Source: Promethearchaeota archaeon (lineage in GTDB: Archaea > Asgardarchaeota > Lokiarchaeia > Sigyniarchaeales > SOKP01). Taken from it: a DNA stretch of 64,000 bases. The stretch is from assembly GCA_019057795.1 (NCBI GenBank), contig JAHLWS010000024.1, positions 33,497 through 97,496 of the forward strand, written 5' to 3'. The position numbers were made by a program, and so were the translations under genes. Below, one piece after another: positions 9,521 through 19,762 of the stretch. The notes below the pieces were generated by a model. It saw only the letters and a list, made by a program, of their open reading frames with translations, made no database searches and was not told where the DNA came from. How positions within the stretch are numbered: position 1 is the stretch's first letter; the number at the start of each line of letters is the position of its first letter.

Positions 9521-10021
9521 ATGAAATATAAAAGAAATCAATATTCTGAAGGAGTTAGCGTTTGCTCTTTCATTATAGCTGGTATTTTAATTTATTGGGG
9601 AACTAATGATATCTTTGTACCCCTTTGGGCTGGTACATCAATTAATTGGTGGGGACTCTTCTGGTATGCAATTGCGGCAGCTATTATTGGCGGTCAGATC
9701 GCAGCGTGGGCTAACAGAAGTAAACTAAGAAACGCTGTTTTATACGAGTATGAGGAACATCCGGAAGCAACCATCGAAGAAATTAGCCAAAACACGGGAA
9801 TTACTATAAAAGATGTACAAGCCATAATTTTAGACTTAAAAGCAAGTGGCTTATTACGAGGTAAATTCTCTTCCACTACAGGACAATTGACTCATGCAGA
9901 AGTTATAAAAAAACCACAAGGAGAAGTTTCAGAAGGAAAAGTAACTTATTGTCCAAATTGTGGAACCGCAAAAGTAAAAGAATCGGCAGTATTTTGCTCA
10001 TATTGCGGTACAAAATTATAA
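9521..10021 (+). CDS. 2-TM protein with PCI-like winged helix and C-terminal zinc ribbon
   Basis: Two hydrophobic helices; TIEEISQNTGITIKDVQAIILDLKASGLLRGKF; CPNCG...CSYCG. Confidence 0.7.
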   Translation: MKYKRNQYSEGVSVCSFIIAGILIYWGTNDIFVPLWAGTSINWWGLFWYAIAAAIIGGQIAAWANRSKLRNAVLYEYEEHPEATIEEISQNTGITIKDVQAIILDLKASGLLRGKFSSTTGQLTHAEVIKKPQGEVSEGKVTYCPNCGTAKVKESAVFCSYCGTKL

Positions 10022-10227
10022 ATTATAACTTTTCTTATTTTTTTATTCTAAAATTACTTTTTAGTAAAAACTTTATAAACTAATTTAGCAAATTAATAGT
10101 AATAATTGATTTTGAAGAGAAATATCGTATAAGGGTGTAAAATATAGAATTAGAAGATGAAAGGTTTTCGAAAGACGAAAACCTATGGGAAGAACATAAG
10201 ATTCCATTAACTTATGATCAAGAGAGT

Positions 10228-11193
10228 ATGACAAAGTGGTTTGATGAAAAAAGAGGAGGTATTGAAGGAAGAGCAGATGTATTCTATCTTATGTTTGGTA
10301 TAACGTATAACTGTCAGCTTAAATGTCCACATTGTTGCGTGGGAAATTACAAAAATGAACCACGTCGAGAACTTACAACGGATGAAATTAAGGACATATT
10401 AGATCAATCTGCTAAAGCTTTTGTGGTCAACTTCTTTGGAGGTGAACCAACCATGAGAGCAGATATAATGGAATTAATAAAGTACGCTTCAGAAAGAGCT
10501 GTGTATGTATTTTGTGATACAAATGGATTAAAAATCACGAAGGATTTTGCAAGACAATTAAAGGATAGCGGTTTAGAAATGCTTTATGTTAGCATCGATA
10601 GTCCAATTCCAGAAAAACACGACCAATTGCGCGGAATGAAAGGAACATATAATAAAGCTGTTCAGGGTATAAAAAATGCGCTTGAAGTGAGATTAAAATG
10701 TGCTCTTTCTACTTATGTAACCAAAGAAACTCTAGCTAACGGTGAATTTGAAGATGTAATCGAATTAGCAAGAGAGTTAGGGGCAAATGGAGTAAGATAT
10801 TTATTACCTACCCCAGCTGGTAGATGGTTATATAATCCTGAGGTAAAATTGACGCTTAAAGAAGAGAGAAAAGTTAGAAAAATTGCGGAGTTTCCATTTG
10901 TATGTAGAGATTTTTATTTTCAAACTCAAAGTTCAAGTCAATGTAGGGGAATTGCAGATAACGTGTATTTCTACATTTCGCCTTATGGAGATGTCCAGCC
11001 TTGTTGCTTCATGCCACTTACTTTCGGAAATACCAGGGAAGAACCTCTGAAAACAATTTTAGAAAGAATGTGGGGCCATCCAATGATGTGCGAATCTTGG
11101 ACAAAAAAAGAATGCCCAATGTTAAACGAAGAATTCAGGAGCAAATATATAAATACAATTCCTCCTAAAACTAAGCTACCATTTAGAATGTAA
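10228..11193 (+). CDS. Radical SAM protein with SPASM/Twitch domain (frame open from 10141)
   Basis: CQLKCPHC, GGEP, DTNG, SIDS, YISPYGDVQPCCF. Confidence 0.9.
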   Translation: MTKWFDEKRGGIEGRADVFYLMFGITYNCQLKCPHCCVGNYKNEPRRELTTDEIKDILDQSAKAFVVNFFGGEPTMRADIMELIKYASERAVYVFCDTNGLKITKDFARQLKDSGLEMLYVSIDSPIPEKHDQLRGMKGTYNKAVQGIKNALEVRLKCALSTYVTKETLANGEFEDVIELARELGANGVRYLLPTPAGRWLYNPEVKLTLKEERKVRKIAEFPFVCRDFYFQTQSSSQCRGIADNVYFYISPYGDVQPCCFMPLTFGNTREEPLKTILERMWGHPMMCESWTKKECPMLNEEFRSKYINTIPPKTKLPFRM

Positions 11194-11478
11194 AAAAAAA
11201 TTTTATCCTTATTTTTTAATCTTCAAAAATTCAAGTAGATTACTCGTAGATTGTCTTACTGAACTCAAATAATTTCACTTAGAAGAGTAACGGTTTTAGA
11301 AGATATTTTCTCAATATTAACACGCACTTCTTTCTTCAACAATTTCTCGAAAAATTAGGAAACAGCATTACACGCAAAAAATTATGGAAATTGACAATTG
11401 TTTAATATTCAATAAATTTATTTCTTTAAATTTCTATTATTGTAATGAATAAAAATAAATTAAAAGCATAAAAATAAA

Positions 11479-11709
11479 ATGAAAGTATATCTTGAAAAAG
11501 AAGTAGCTGAGGATTTAATTGGTTATAAATTGAGAAATATTCAAGAAAATATTAAAAAAATATTAAAAAGATGGAATGAAATTGAATCGTCTACATTTTT
11601 AGAGAAGGCAAAAAATGGTACATATTCTGAAGCGGAAAACGATGCGATTGATTTAAAGCAATTATTACTTGAAGAAAATAAATTAAATAACCTAATGAAT
11701 TCCTTTTAG
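11479..11709 (+). CDS. Putative antitoxin partner of DUF6516 protein
   Basis: Small charged ORF abutting next gene. Confidence 0.6.
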   Translation: MKVYLEKEVAEDLIGYKLRNIQENIKKILKRWNEIESSTFLEKAKNGTYSEAENDAIDLKQLLLEENKLNNLMNSF

Positions 11710-12078
11710 ATGAAGAATATTTTGACAGGTCTTGACAAACTTATTGTTGCACGCAAAATTCTATTAGAAAATTTACTTCCAAAAATTAAAAATGAATATA
11801 TCGATGATGAACGCCCGTTTTTAGAAATTTCTTTTTTTAAAGGATTAATTCTCTATATCCGTTATAATGACTATGAAGAATATTCTTATCAATTAATCTA
11901 TTCACAGAATCCTCTTGATAGAATTCGTTATGATAATTATGATGATATGTGGAATGTTAAATCTAAACCTCATCATTATCATCCTAGAGGAGAAAAAGCT
12001 GCTATTGAAAGCTCGATGAATGGAGATCCCAAACATGATATGCTAATTCTTATAAAAGAGTTTTTAATTGTCTTATAA
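11710..12078 (+). CDS. DUF6516/TumE-like putative toxin
   Basis: YSYQ...RYDN...PHHYH motif. Confidence 0.72.
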   Translation: MKNILTGLDKLIVARKILLENLLPKIKNEYIDDERPFLEISFFKGLILYIRYNDYEEYSYQLIYSQNPLDRIRYDNYDDMWNVKSKPHHYHPRGEKAAIESSMNGDPKHDMLILIKEFLIVL

Positions 12079-12091
12079 TCTCCAATATTAT

Positions 12092-12114
12092 ATGGGGGTT
12101 CGAATCCTTTTTTC
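12092..12114 (+). repeat. 23-bp direct repeat copy B, contains GGTTCGAATCC
   Basis: See 8881-8903. Confidence 0.5.
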
Positions 12115-12186
12115 ATAAAAGATTAGAGTATATTCAGATTAGAATCATTTTGATCCAATTTTTCCTGAAATGGAGGGGTTTGTGCT

Positions 12187-12429
12187 AACGGAAAAAGAAA
12201 AAAAGTAGCAATAGCTCTAGGTCATGAACCATATGGGGCTATGGCTGGAATTACCGGCGTACCATTAGCCATAGGAGCAATTATGATGATCGACGGTAAA
12301 ATCAATAAAAAAGGAGTTTTAACTCCTGAAGAGGCAATAACTGAACCAATGGAATTTTTTAATAGACTTGCTCCTTATTGTGGTAAAAATCTTTCAGGTA
12401 AGGATATTTTGATAATTAGAGAAGATTAA
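12187..12429 (+). pseudogene. C-terminal remnant of a saccharopine dehydrogenase-like oxidoreductase
   Basis: GKRKKVAI...MAGITGVPLAIGAIMMIDGKINKKGVLTPEE; in-frame stop at 12166-12168, no Rossmann N-terminus. Confidence 0.72.
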
Positions 12430-12487
12430 TCTAAATTAATTTTTTTTTTATATATCTTTTTATAGAAAAACAAGTGCAATTATAATC

Positions 12488-13315
12488 ATGGAAAAGTTAA
12501 TCGTTTCATGTGTTCAATTTGCGTATAAGCAAATTGAAAGTTTCGATGATTTCGCTAAAAATGTGGAAAATTTAATGAACCAAGCCGATGGTTCGGATTT
12601 TGTCGTGTTTCCCGAGACTATTACTTTAGAACTTCAATATCTAATTCCAAACAACAATTTGAATAAAATCCCTGAATTCACTAAGAAATACAGAAACCTT
12701 TTCGCTCGCTTATCTAAAGAAAAAGGGCAATATATTATAGGGGGTTCACACTTAACAATTGAAAACGGAAAGGAGTATAATATAGGGCATATATTTTGCC
12801 CCGATGGAAAATTATTGATACATCGAAAAACACATCTTTTTCCATTAGAAGCAAGTATGGGGGTGACTCCTGGAAACACTTTAGAAATCTTCGAAACCGA
12901 AAAAGCGAACATTGGTCTGGCTATCTGTTACGAGATGGAGTTTCCAGAAGTAGCTCGAACATTAACTTTAAAAGGGGCTGATGTTATTTTTTGCCCCTCC
13001 TATACCATAGGCGAAGCTGGATTCTGGCGCGTTAGGCATTGTTGCCAAGCACGAGCCATAGAAAATCAGATTTACGTCCTCCATTCGTGTTTGGTAGGAG
13101 AGTCTCCGCATAAAGGAATGGAAGGATGGGGAAGATCGTCAATTTTAAGTCCGTGCGAAACTCCATGGAATCCTAATGGCATAATTGCTGAAGCTAAAAC
13201 AAATGAAGAAATGGTGATAACTGGTGAATTAGATCTTAAGGTTCTACACAAAAAAAGAAAACGTGGAGCGGCTACTACTCTTAAAGACCGACGTCCTGAA
13301 ATCTATAAAATTTAA
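12488..13315 (+). CDS. Carbon-nitrogen hydrolase (nitrilase superfamily)
   Basis: VFPE, RKTHL, ICYEMEFPE triad; ARAIENQ. Confidence 0.92.
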   Translation: MEKLIVSCVQFAYKQIESFDDFAKNVENLMNQADGSDFVVFPETITLELQYLIPNNNLNKIPEFTKKYRNLFARLSKEKGQYIIGGSHLTIENGKEYNIGHIFCPDGKLLIHRKTHLFPLEASMGVTPGNTLEIFETEKANIGLAICYEMEFPEVARTLTLKGADVIFCPSYTIGEAGFWRVRHCCQARAIENQIYVLHSCLVGESPHKGMEGWGRSSILSPCETPWNPNGIIAEAKTNEEMVITGELDLKVLHKKRKRGAATTLKDRRPEIYKI

Positions 13316-13402
13316 TTGTAAGATTTAAATTAAAAATAAAAACCTTTAATATTATAAGTCAATTTACTCTATCTTAACATTAATTCAATTTAATAAAAAA
13401 AT

Positions 13403-14684
13403 GTGAATAAAATGGCAATTAAATTAAAATCCGATTTCTCGTTGACAGAAATAGAAGAAAAATTAGGCACTAAAAGTTTTATTGGTCTTGCTTTTGTAAC
13501 TATTTATATTAACCTATTCTTTATACAAGCTTTGCGAGCTTTTATACCAGGTGTGTATGTCTCAATAACTCATGTCGTATTCGGAGAGGATGTTCTTGTG
13601 AATGGGATGATTCTTTTAGCTCTAATATTTTTCTTTATACCAGGGTTAACCAATACGATCTGCAAAAAAGTTGGGTTAAATAAGTTGATGAAATTTTCAA
13701 TACTTGCTATAGTAATATTTAGATTATTATTAGCTTTTCAATTACCGTCTAAGTTGGAAACAATATGTGTTGGTTTGATCATCACTTTCTACGGTTTTTA
13801 CCTAAGCACATTCAGTACATTATGGTTAAGAGAAAACGATGAGATTAAGTCGAATCATAAAATAATTTTCATAACCTTAACAATACTAATTGCGTTTCTT
13901 ATAGATTATTTTATTCGGGCATTAGGATTATCTCTCGATATCTCTCTTAGCTCCTGGCTTAATCTTAGATTGGAATTTGACGCAATATTTTTGGTTGATT
14001 TTTCAAATTCCTTTAAGCGGACTATGTATATATTTGACCTATAAACACTTTCCCCGCTTTTCTAGTAAGATTAAACCAGAAAAACCTGCAGACCCCGAGT
14101 ATAAAACTTTAAATTCGTTGATCTTCGTTGGAGTTGGAATGTTTTTCTTTTTACAATTTAGCCTTTTCTTATACCCAAATGTTATTGCTCAATATACCGC
14201 AACTAGTTATTACTTTAATAATATTCTAAATATTATTTGTTTAATGGTGGCGACTTGTTTGGTGCTATTCATAAAAATAGACTTCTTTTCAGATATTAGA
14301 TTATCGATTATTTTAAATGCATTTATGATCTTATCGCTGATATTGTTTTTCTTCTTTCCCAAAGATTTAACCTATGTTGCAAGTATTTTTATCTCAATAT
14401 CACTAATTATCATGTATTTAAATTTCTATATACTCTTTTCCCGAATGACGAAAATTAACTTTAAATGGGAGAAAGTAAAAACGATATCTAATGCACTGAC
14501 TATTGGATTTGCATTCATGGTTATTTTTGATGTACTCCATATCTTTACAACTGACTGGTCTGGAACAATAGAAGCTTTCAAAGGATTAGGCCCTATAATT
14601 ATGTTAACGGCAGGAATTCTATTTTCTATTTCAAGTTTTGGCGCAATCATGCTTAAATCAAAAAAGGAGGGATCAGAAAGATGA
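13403..14684 (+). pseudogene. Polytopic membrane protein split by a frameshift near 13946 (ORFs 13403..14044 and 13977..14684)
   Basis: Frame 1 ...GLSLDISL continues in frame 2 as LAPGLILDWNLTQYFWLIFQ; both halves hydrophobic; may be an assembly indel. Confidence 0.7.
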
Positions 14685-15529
14685 AAAAATTATATAGAAT
14701 AATAGCATTAGTATTATTTTTCACTCCTTTACTATCTGCTTTCCTCATGTTTGGTATATGTGAAAGTCCGGGAGAGGCACCGACAGCACAAACAGAATTC
14801 AAGATAATGACGTATAATATACATTTTGGGCAAGGCTACGATGATAAACTTAATCTAGAACGGATAGCGCAAAATATCTTAACAGAAGATCCTGATATTA
14901 TTGGACTACAAGAAGTAGATAACGGTAGAATTACAACTCAAGGGATAGATATGGCTCGCTGGTTATCAAATAGGTTAAACATGTATTTCTTTTATTATCC
15001 ATCTGAGAATGAACATCAAGGAGGGTGTGCTTTACTAAGTAAATATCCTATTAAATCCACGGTTGGTTATATGGTACCTAGTATTTCTTCTCAACGAGTT
15101 TTAATTCACGGAGTTGTTGAAATTGATTCCTCTCTTAACTTGGATGTGTTTGTGACTCATCTAGGCTTAATTAATTGGAGTGAAGATATGACTGCTCAGG
15201 TTGATTTTGTACTTTCTAAGACGAACGCAGTTATGTCAGGTAATCCTAAAATATTAATGGGAGATCTTAACTTAGAAAATGATACAACCCAAATTCAAAC
15301 TATCCGAACCTTTTTCAATGATACTATGGATGGTTATGATAAGCATCGTACTTTTCCAAGTTATCTTTTATATGACATTCCTGATGAGTGGATCGATTAC
15401 ATTTTTGCAACGGGATATAACGATGTAATAGATAGCTATGTTGTGACAGATTTCGTAGCTGGGATTGATACTCCCGCTGAATTTGGCTCAGATCACTTAC
15501 CTGTGGTAACTATTTTAACTTTCCCCTAA
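14681..15529 (+). CDS. Endonuclease/exonuclease/phosphatase (EEP) protein with N-terminal TM, Cwh43/PGAP2IP C-terminal-like
   Basis: MTYNIHFG, IGLQEVD, GCALLSKYPI, VTHLG, MGDLN, IDYIF, SDHLPV; ATGA overlap. Confidence 0.88.
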   Translation: MKKLYRIIALVLFFTPLLSAFLMFGICESPGEAPTAQTEFKIMTYNIHFGQGYDDKLNLERIAQNILTEDPDIIGLQEVDNGRITTQGIDMARWLSNRLNMYFFYYPSENEHQGGCALLSKYPIKSTVGYMVPSISSQRVLIHGVVEIDSSLNLDVFVTHLGLINWSEDMTAQVDFVLSKTNAVMSGNPKILMGDLNLENDTTQIQTIRTFFNDTMDGYDKHRTFPSYLLYDIPDEWIDYIFATGYNDVIDSYVVTDFVAGIDTPAEFGSDHLPVVTILTFP

Positions 15530-15668
15530 ATAAATAAAATAAATATTTTCTTCAATTTTTTTTTGTCTATTTTTTGTATAAAATAATTATTAGTCCTTTA
15601 AACTTAGTCTATGGCAATATTAAAAAAAAAATAATTAAAAAAAATTATATAACTTTTAAGCTGGTTTT

Positions 15669-16769
15669 TTACGACTGAGCACTTTGGCCATTAACATAGA
15701 CGCTACCAGTGGATGTTGCTAATGTGAATGTATATTTATACATCGCTATTCCATAATTATCTGAGAAAAAGACACTTCCTAATATTTCCATTGTAGCATG
15801 AGGTGTATAATTGATGGATCCTGTACTGGTTGAGCTTACAAATCGAAAGCCAGTATTGGCTAAATTATCTCTATAAAATACATTTATACTTCCTGTTGAT
15901 GTATGTACATTGCTAGTAACATTAGCCCCCATATCTATATATTGATAAAGTTCTGCATCAATATTGCCAGTTGAGGTTTGAAGTTTTAGATCAATATCCT
16001 TAAAATAGTACATATTATAGCTTTTGAATGTCACGCTCCCAGTTGAGACAATTCCAGTTAAATCATCTCCCATCCCACAATTTGTATAGTTTAATAGAAG
16101 TGACCCCGTTGCTGTAATTGCTTTAAACCCATGAGTAAAATTGGTGTTTTTGGCAAAAAGGTCAATGCTCCCGGTACTAGTCTGAAGTCCAACTTTCCCT
16201 TGGAATTCGTTGTTGCCTAATGTGGTTAATTTTACTGAACCTGTACTCGAAGTAAGGGAAGTGTCATTTAAGAGAACTTTATCTGGAACTGACATTTCTA
16301 TCGCACCAGTATCTGTTGTGGCGTCAATATCATATATTATGTCGGTTCTCAGTGTAACTGTTATTGTAATTTCATATGATTTAAACCAGTACGAAGGATC
16401 AAACCAAACATCTGGTAAAACCTCAAGATTGAATATACCAGCTGATTCAGCCCACCACTCAGTACTTGGACTAAAGAAGTCTAAGTAAGTTTTATCAGAC
16501 ATGAATAACCCCGCAATCTTTATATCAACATCGATTTCTGCGAAATAAGAAGTTGCTGTAGTATTATATTTAACGATAATTTTTCCGATATCGGCATTAA
16601 TACTCAATTCTTCAATAGGAGCGGGAGAGCTTGGTTCATATTGGAAACTAAATGAATCATCGATACTCATAGCTGTTGCAAAACCGGTAACAACAAAACC
16701 AATACTTCCTCCCACAATCAGAGCAGCTATAATGATTAAAGCTTTATTATAATTTCTCATTTTTTTCAC
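15669..16769 (-). CDS. Membrane-anchored DUF4097/adhesin-like beta-solenoid protein
   Basis: N-terminal TM; about nine repeats of (T/S)STGS(I/V). Confidence 0.72.
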   Translation of the reverse strand: MKKMRNYNKALIIIAALIVGGSIGFVVTGFATAMSIDDSFSFQYEPSSPAPIEELSINADIGKIIVKYNTTATSYFAEIDVDIKIAGLFMSDKTYLDFFSPSTEWWAESAGIFNLEVLPDVWFDPSYWFKSYEITITVTLRTDIIYDIDATTDTGAIEMSVPDKVLLNDTSLTSSTGSVKLTTLGNNEFQGKVGLQTSTGSIDLFAKNTNFTHGFKAITATGSLLLNYTNCGMGDDLTGIVSTGSVTFKSYNMYYFKDIDLKLQTSTGNIDAELYQYIDMGANVTSNVHTSTGSINVFYRDNLANTGFRFVSSTSTGSINYTPHATMEILGSVFFSDNYGIAMYKYTFTLATSTGSVYVNGQSAQS

Positions 16770-16914
16770 AGTCGTATTTTTATTTTTAATAGGTTTAATA
16801 GGTTAAGATTAGATTTTTTAGGTAATATTTAAATAAAATTTAGACCGATTTTTGTTATTATACTTGGAAGTATAAAGTTAGGCTTTATAATTCATAAATA
16901 AAATAAAGAAGAAT

Positions 16915-17442
16915 TTAGAGATTTTTCACTAAAGAAATAGCAAAATTCTTAGCGTTTTCGAGATCCATTTCATTGGGGCGACCTTTAATTTTCTCTCTAT
17001 CTTTTTTCGCTTTCTCTCTTTGATCCTCTGGCAAATTTTCTAACATAGCTAACTGAGTATCTAAAGGTATGCCTAAATTCTCGCCAACACAATCAAATTC
17101 ACCAATAATTTCGCAATTATGTTTTTTAATGACACCAGTTATCCGTTTAAATGGTTCTTGAAATAATTTTAAACTGGCATGCGTACAAAAATAAGCGAGT
17201 TTGACAGGGAATTCAGGAACAGCTTTTTTTATCATAGCTAAGATTGATTTATCAACTCTACTAGCATAAACTCCTGAACCTAAAAACACAATATCATATG
17301 AACTCAATGTTGTAGGGTCTACGTCTTTAGCATGAATTAAGTCTACATCGTAATCCAATAAGCCATCCTTCATACTTTTAGCTATTTTTTCTGTGTTTCC
17401 CGTATTGGAAAAATAAGTAATTAGAATTTTCAAATAATTCAC
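16915..17442 (-). CDS. Flavodoxin-family protein
   Basis: YFSNTGNTEKIA; GRPNEMDL. Confidence 0.88.
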   Translation of the reverse strand: MNYLKILITYFSNTGNTEKIAKSMKDGLLDYDVDLIHAKDVDPTTLSSYDIVFLGSGVYASRVDKSILAMIKKAVPEFPVKLAYFCTHASLKLFQEPFKRITGVIKKHNCEIIGEFDCVGENLGIPLDTQLAMLENLPEDQREKAKKDREKIKGRPNEMDLENAKNFAISLVKNL

Positions 17443-17540
17443 CTTAATATCTTATTATATTAATTATCGAATAAAAATAGTTAAGTCATTATTTAAAGCG
17501 TATTTTTTAAAAATAAAGAGACAAACTCCCTATTATTTTA

Positions 17541-18446
17541 TCAATCAATGTCTAGGGAGAAAAATTTAATTGCATTTTCTACTGTTCTTTCACTAACGAT
17601 ACTTTGGGGTACATTATGAGAAAAAGCAAGAGCAGCAATTGAATATTTAACATTTAACGGTACATTCACGGGTCCTCGTAAATACGGATGTTGGTAATAA
17701 CTATCCGTTTCCGTAATTAGAGAATTTAATGGAGTATTTTTTGTAACTCTCCGCCATTTATTAATACTATATGCCGAACTAGGAACGGAAAGTATATAAC
17801 CTTGCTTGGGTAAAGAAATTCCATACTCCTGTGGCCCAGAAAAGCAGTGCCACATAGCTTTTTTTGGATTAACATTAAACTCCTTAATAATATTAAGAAT
17901 TTCTTTTGTAGCTCCATCTCTTTTATTAAAGCGGTGTTTAGGGTTACCTCTATCAAACTCGTGTTCAGTAGCGTTTCTAACGTGAAGAACATAAGGTTTA
18001 TTATAACTAATAGTCAGTTCAAAAATTTTCTTTAGTTCGGTAACCTGTTTATTTCTCTTTTCAAGAGTCTTAGCATGATGAAAATCTAAACCAATTTCTC
18101 CAATTGCCAAATAATTCTCTTGGTTTCCTTCAATATAATCAACCCATTTTTTCCATTCTCTTTCGTATTGGAATTTAGGAGTATACGTAACGGTTTGAGG
18201 TGCCCAACCACACGTAAAACCCATTCTTTCTTTTCCTATAATAAATTTTAAAATTAAATCAAGAGTACTGTTATCGATCGAGCTCGTTATTATGTAAGCA
18301 CCACCGTTTTTAAAAAAGTCCTGATATTGTTGCTCATCAGAAGGTAACCGATCGTTTCTTTTAGGACGAGGAAATGGGAGGTGACAATGGGTATCTATGA
18401 ACTTAAGATTTTCTTCTGGTTCTGGGATATCGATTTTCTTAGGCAT
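17541..18446 (-). CDS. TatD-family metal-dependent hydrolase
   Basis: DTHCH, IGEIGLDF, LHVR, HCFS, ETDS. Confidence 0.9.
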   Translation of the reverse strand: MPKKIDIPEPEENLKFIDTHCHLPFPRPKRNDRLPSDEQQYQDFFKNGGAYIITSSIDNSTLDLILKFIIGKERMGFTCGWAPQTVTYTPKFQYEREWKKWVDYIEGNQENYLAIGEIGLDFHHAKTLEKRNKQVTELKKIFELTISYNKPYVLHVRNATEHEFDRGNPKHRFNKRDGATKEILNIIKEFNVNPKKAMWHCFSGPQEYGISLPKQGYILSVPSSAYSINKWRRVTKNTPLNSLITETDSYYQHPYLRGPVNVPLNVKYSIAALAFSHNVPQSIVSERTVENAIKFFSLDID

Positions 18447-18511
18447 GTTTAATCAATACTATATTATAGAAAGTCTTTTGTGAGAAAATTGTTTTAACAA
18501 TTTAATCTTTG

Positions 18512-18546
18512 TTTTAACACCAATAAAGATGCTTTAATTAAATTTT
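18512..18546 (+). repeat. 35-bp direct repeat copy A (partner 19763-19797)
   Basis: ttttaacaccaataaagatgctttaattaaatttt, 34/35 identical to partner. Confidence 0.9.
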
Positions 18547-18675
18547 AATTAAAGATTCATAATTATGTATAATAATTTAATACATTGGAATGGATATTCA
18601 TATTATTATAATTATAAATATTTTCAATAATTTTTACATCTAAATAATATTCAGTAATAATAGAGGCATAAAAAT

Positions 18676-19284
18676 TTGGATCTATTCTCAATCATAAATT
18701 TTATTTCATTACTATGCACCTTTTTTGTTATGGGCTATTTTTACACCCTCAGTATCCAACCCATAAAGCGTTCAGAAAAATATGGTGACAAAGCATGGAA
18801 AGATTGTAAAAAGTTCCGCTCAATTGGAGGATTAGCTGAATTTATTTCAATTGCAAATTTAATCCTTTGGATTTGGTTTCCTCTTCCCGTTGTAAATGAG
18901 TGGATCATCAGTTCAAATATCTGGATTGGGATAATCATAGGGATCTGTATATTGATACCAGGTATATATCTTCTGATAAGGGGGATGAAGGATGCTGGGA
19001 CTGAAACTCTAACTCCTTCTAAAGAAACAAAAATGTATAGTGGAATTTATAACTATATAAGACATCCTCAAACTCTTGGAGAGTTTCCTATGTTCATTGC
19101 TATGAGTTTTATGTTTAATTCATGGTTTTTAGTAATCCTTTCCTCATTGTTCATCATAATTTATACTCCCATAATGATTCACTATGAAGAAATAGATCTT
19201 GTTAAACGATTCGGTGAAAAATATACGGAATATCAGAAAAGAACGGGAGCATTATTTCCGAAATTAAAAAGGCATCAAAATTAA
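18676..19284 (+). CDS. ICMT/PEMT-family membrane methyltransferase
   Basis: GIYNYIRHPQ, EEIDLVKRFGEKYTEYQKRT. Confidence 0.88.
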   Translation: MDLFSIINFISLLCTFFVMGYFYTLSIQPIKRSEKYGDKAWKDCKKFRSIGGLAEFISIANLILWIWFPLPVVNEWIISSNIWIGIIIGICILIPGIYLLIRGMKDAGTETLTPSKETKMYSGIYNYIRHPQTLGEFPMFIAMSFMFNSWFLVILSSLFIIIYTPIMIHYEEIDLVKRFGEKYTEYQKRTGALFPKLKRHQN

Positions 19285-19305
19285 AATAAATAATAACAAA
19301 ATAAT

Positions 19306-19740
19306 GTGAATATATCTATGGAACAGCCCAAAAAAACCTATAAAATTAAAGAAAATAAGTGTTTATATGTAGCATCAATTTTAATGCTACTCTACTCCTT
19401 ACTAGAAATTGCAGATAGCATTGCGATTATCCTAATTGCATTTAATATCATTCCAAATCTTTATTTAGAATGGGGTATCCCTATAATACAACAACTTATG
19501 GAAACCCAACCTTTTTCTCTCGCACCCCTTTTCTGGGCTTTTACGATAATGAGAACTGTTTCTGCAATTGGGCTTATGAAAAATTTATTATGGGGATTTT
19601 GGATTGGAATTGCTAGTTTACTCATTACCATGATCCTTTCCATGTTATTTCTACCTATTGGTGCTTTTGAACTTCTTGGGTGTGCTATAATCTTCATTTT
19701 ATTAGTTATGGGATATTGTAAAGATAGACCAATAATATAA
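19306..19740 (+). CDS. Hypothetical 4-TM membrane protein
   Basis: Hydrophobic segments, co-oriented with ICMT gene. Confidence 0.7.
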   Translation: MNISMEQPKKTYKIKENKCLYVASILMLLYSLLEIADSIAIILIAFNIIPNLYLEWGIPIIQQLMETQPFSLAPLFWAFTIMRTVSAIGLMKNLLWGFWIGIASLLITMILSMLFLPIGAFELLGCAIIFILLVMGYCKDRPII

Positions 19741-19762
19741 ACCAAAAAGGTCAATTCTCAAA

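Noticed and set aside
9845-9870. RGKF as a DDRGK signature
   Set aside because: The register does not match the DDRGK motif position; likely coincidental
11230-11360. Possible minus-strand coding remnant
   Set aside because: Short, with no recognisable family
12094-12110. tRNA gene suggested by GGTTCGAATCC
   Set aside because: No acceptor, D or anticodon arms; the upstream sequence is the end of a CDS
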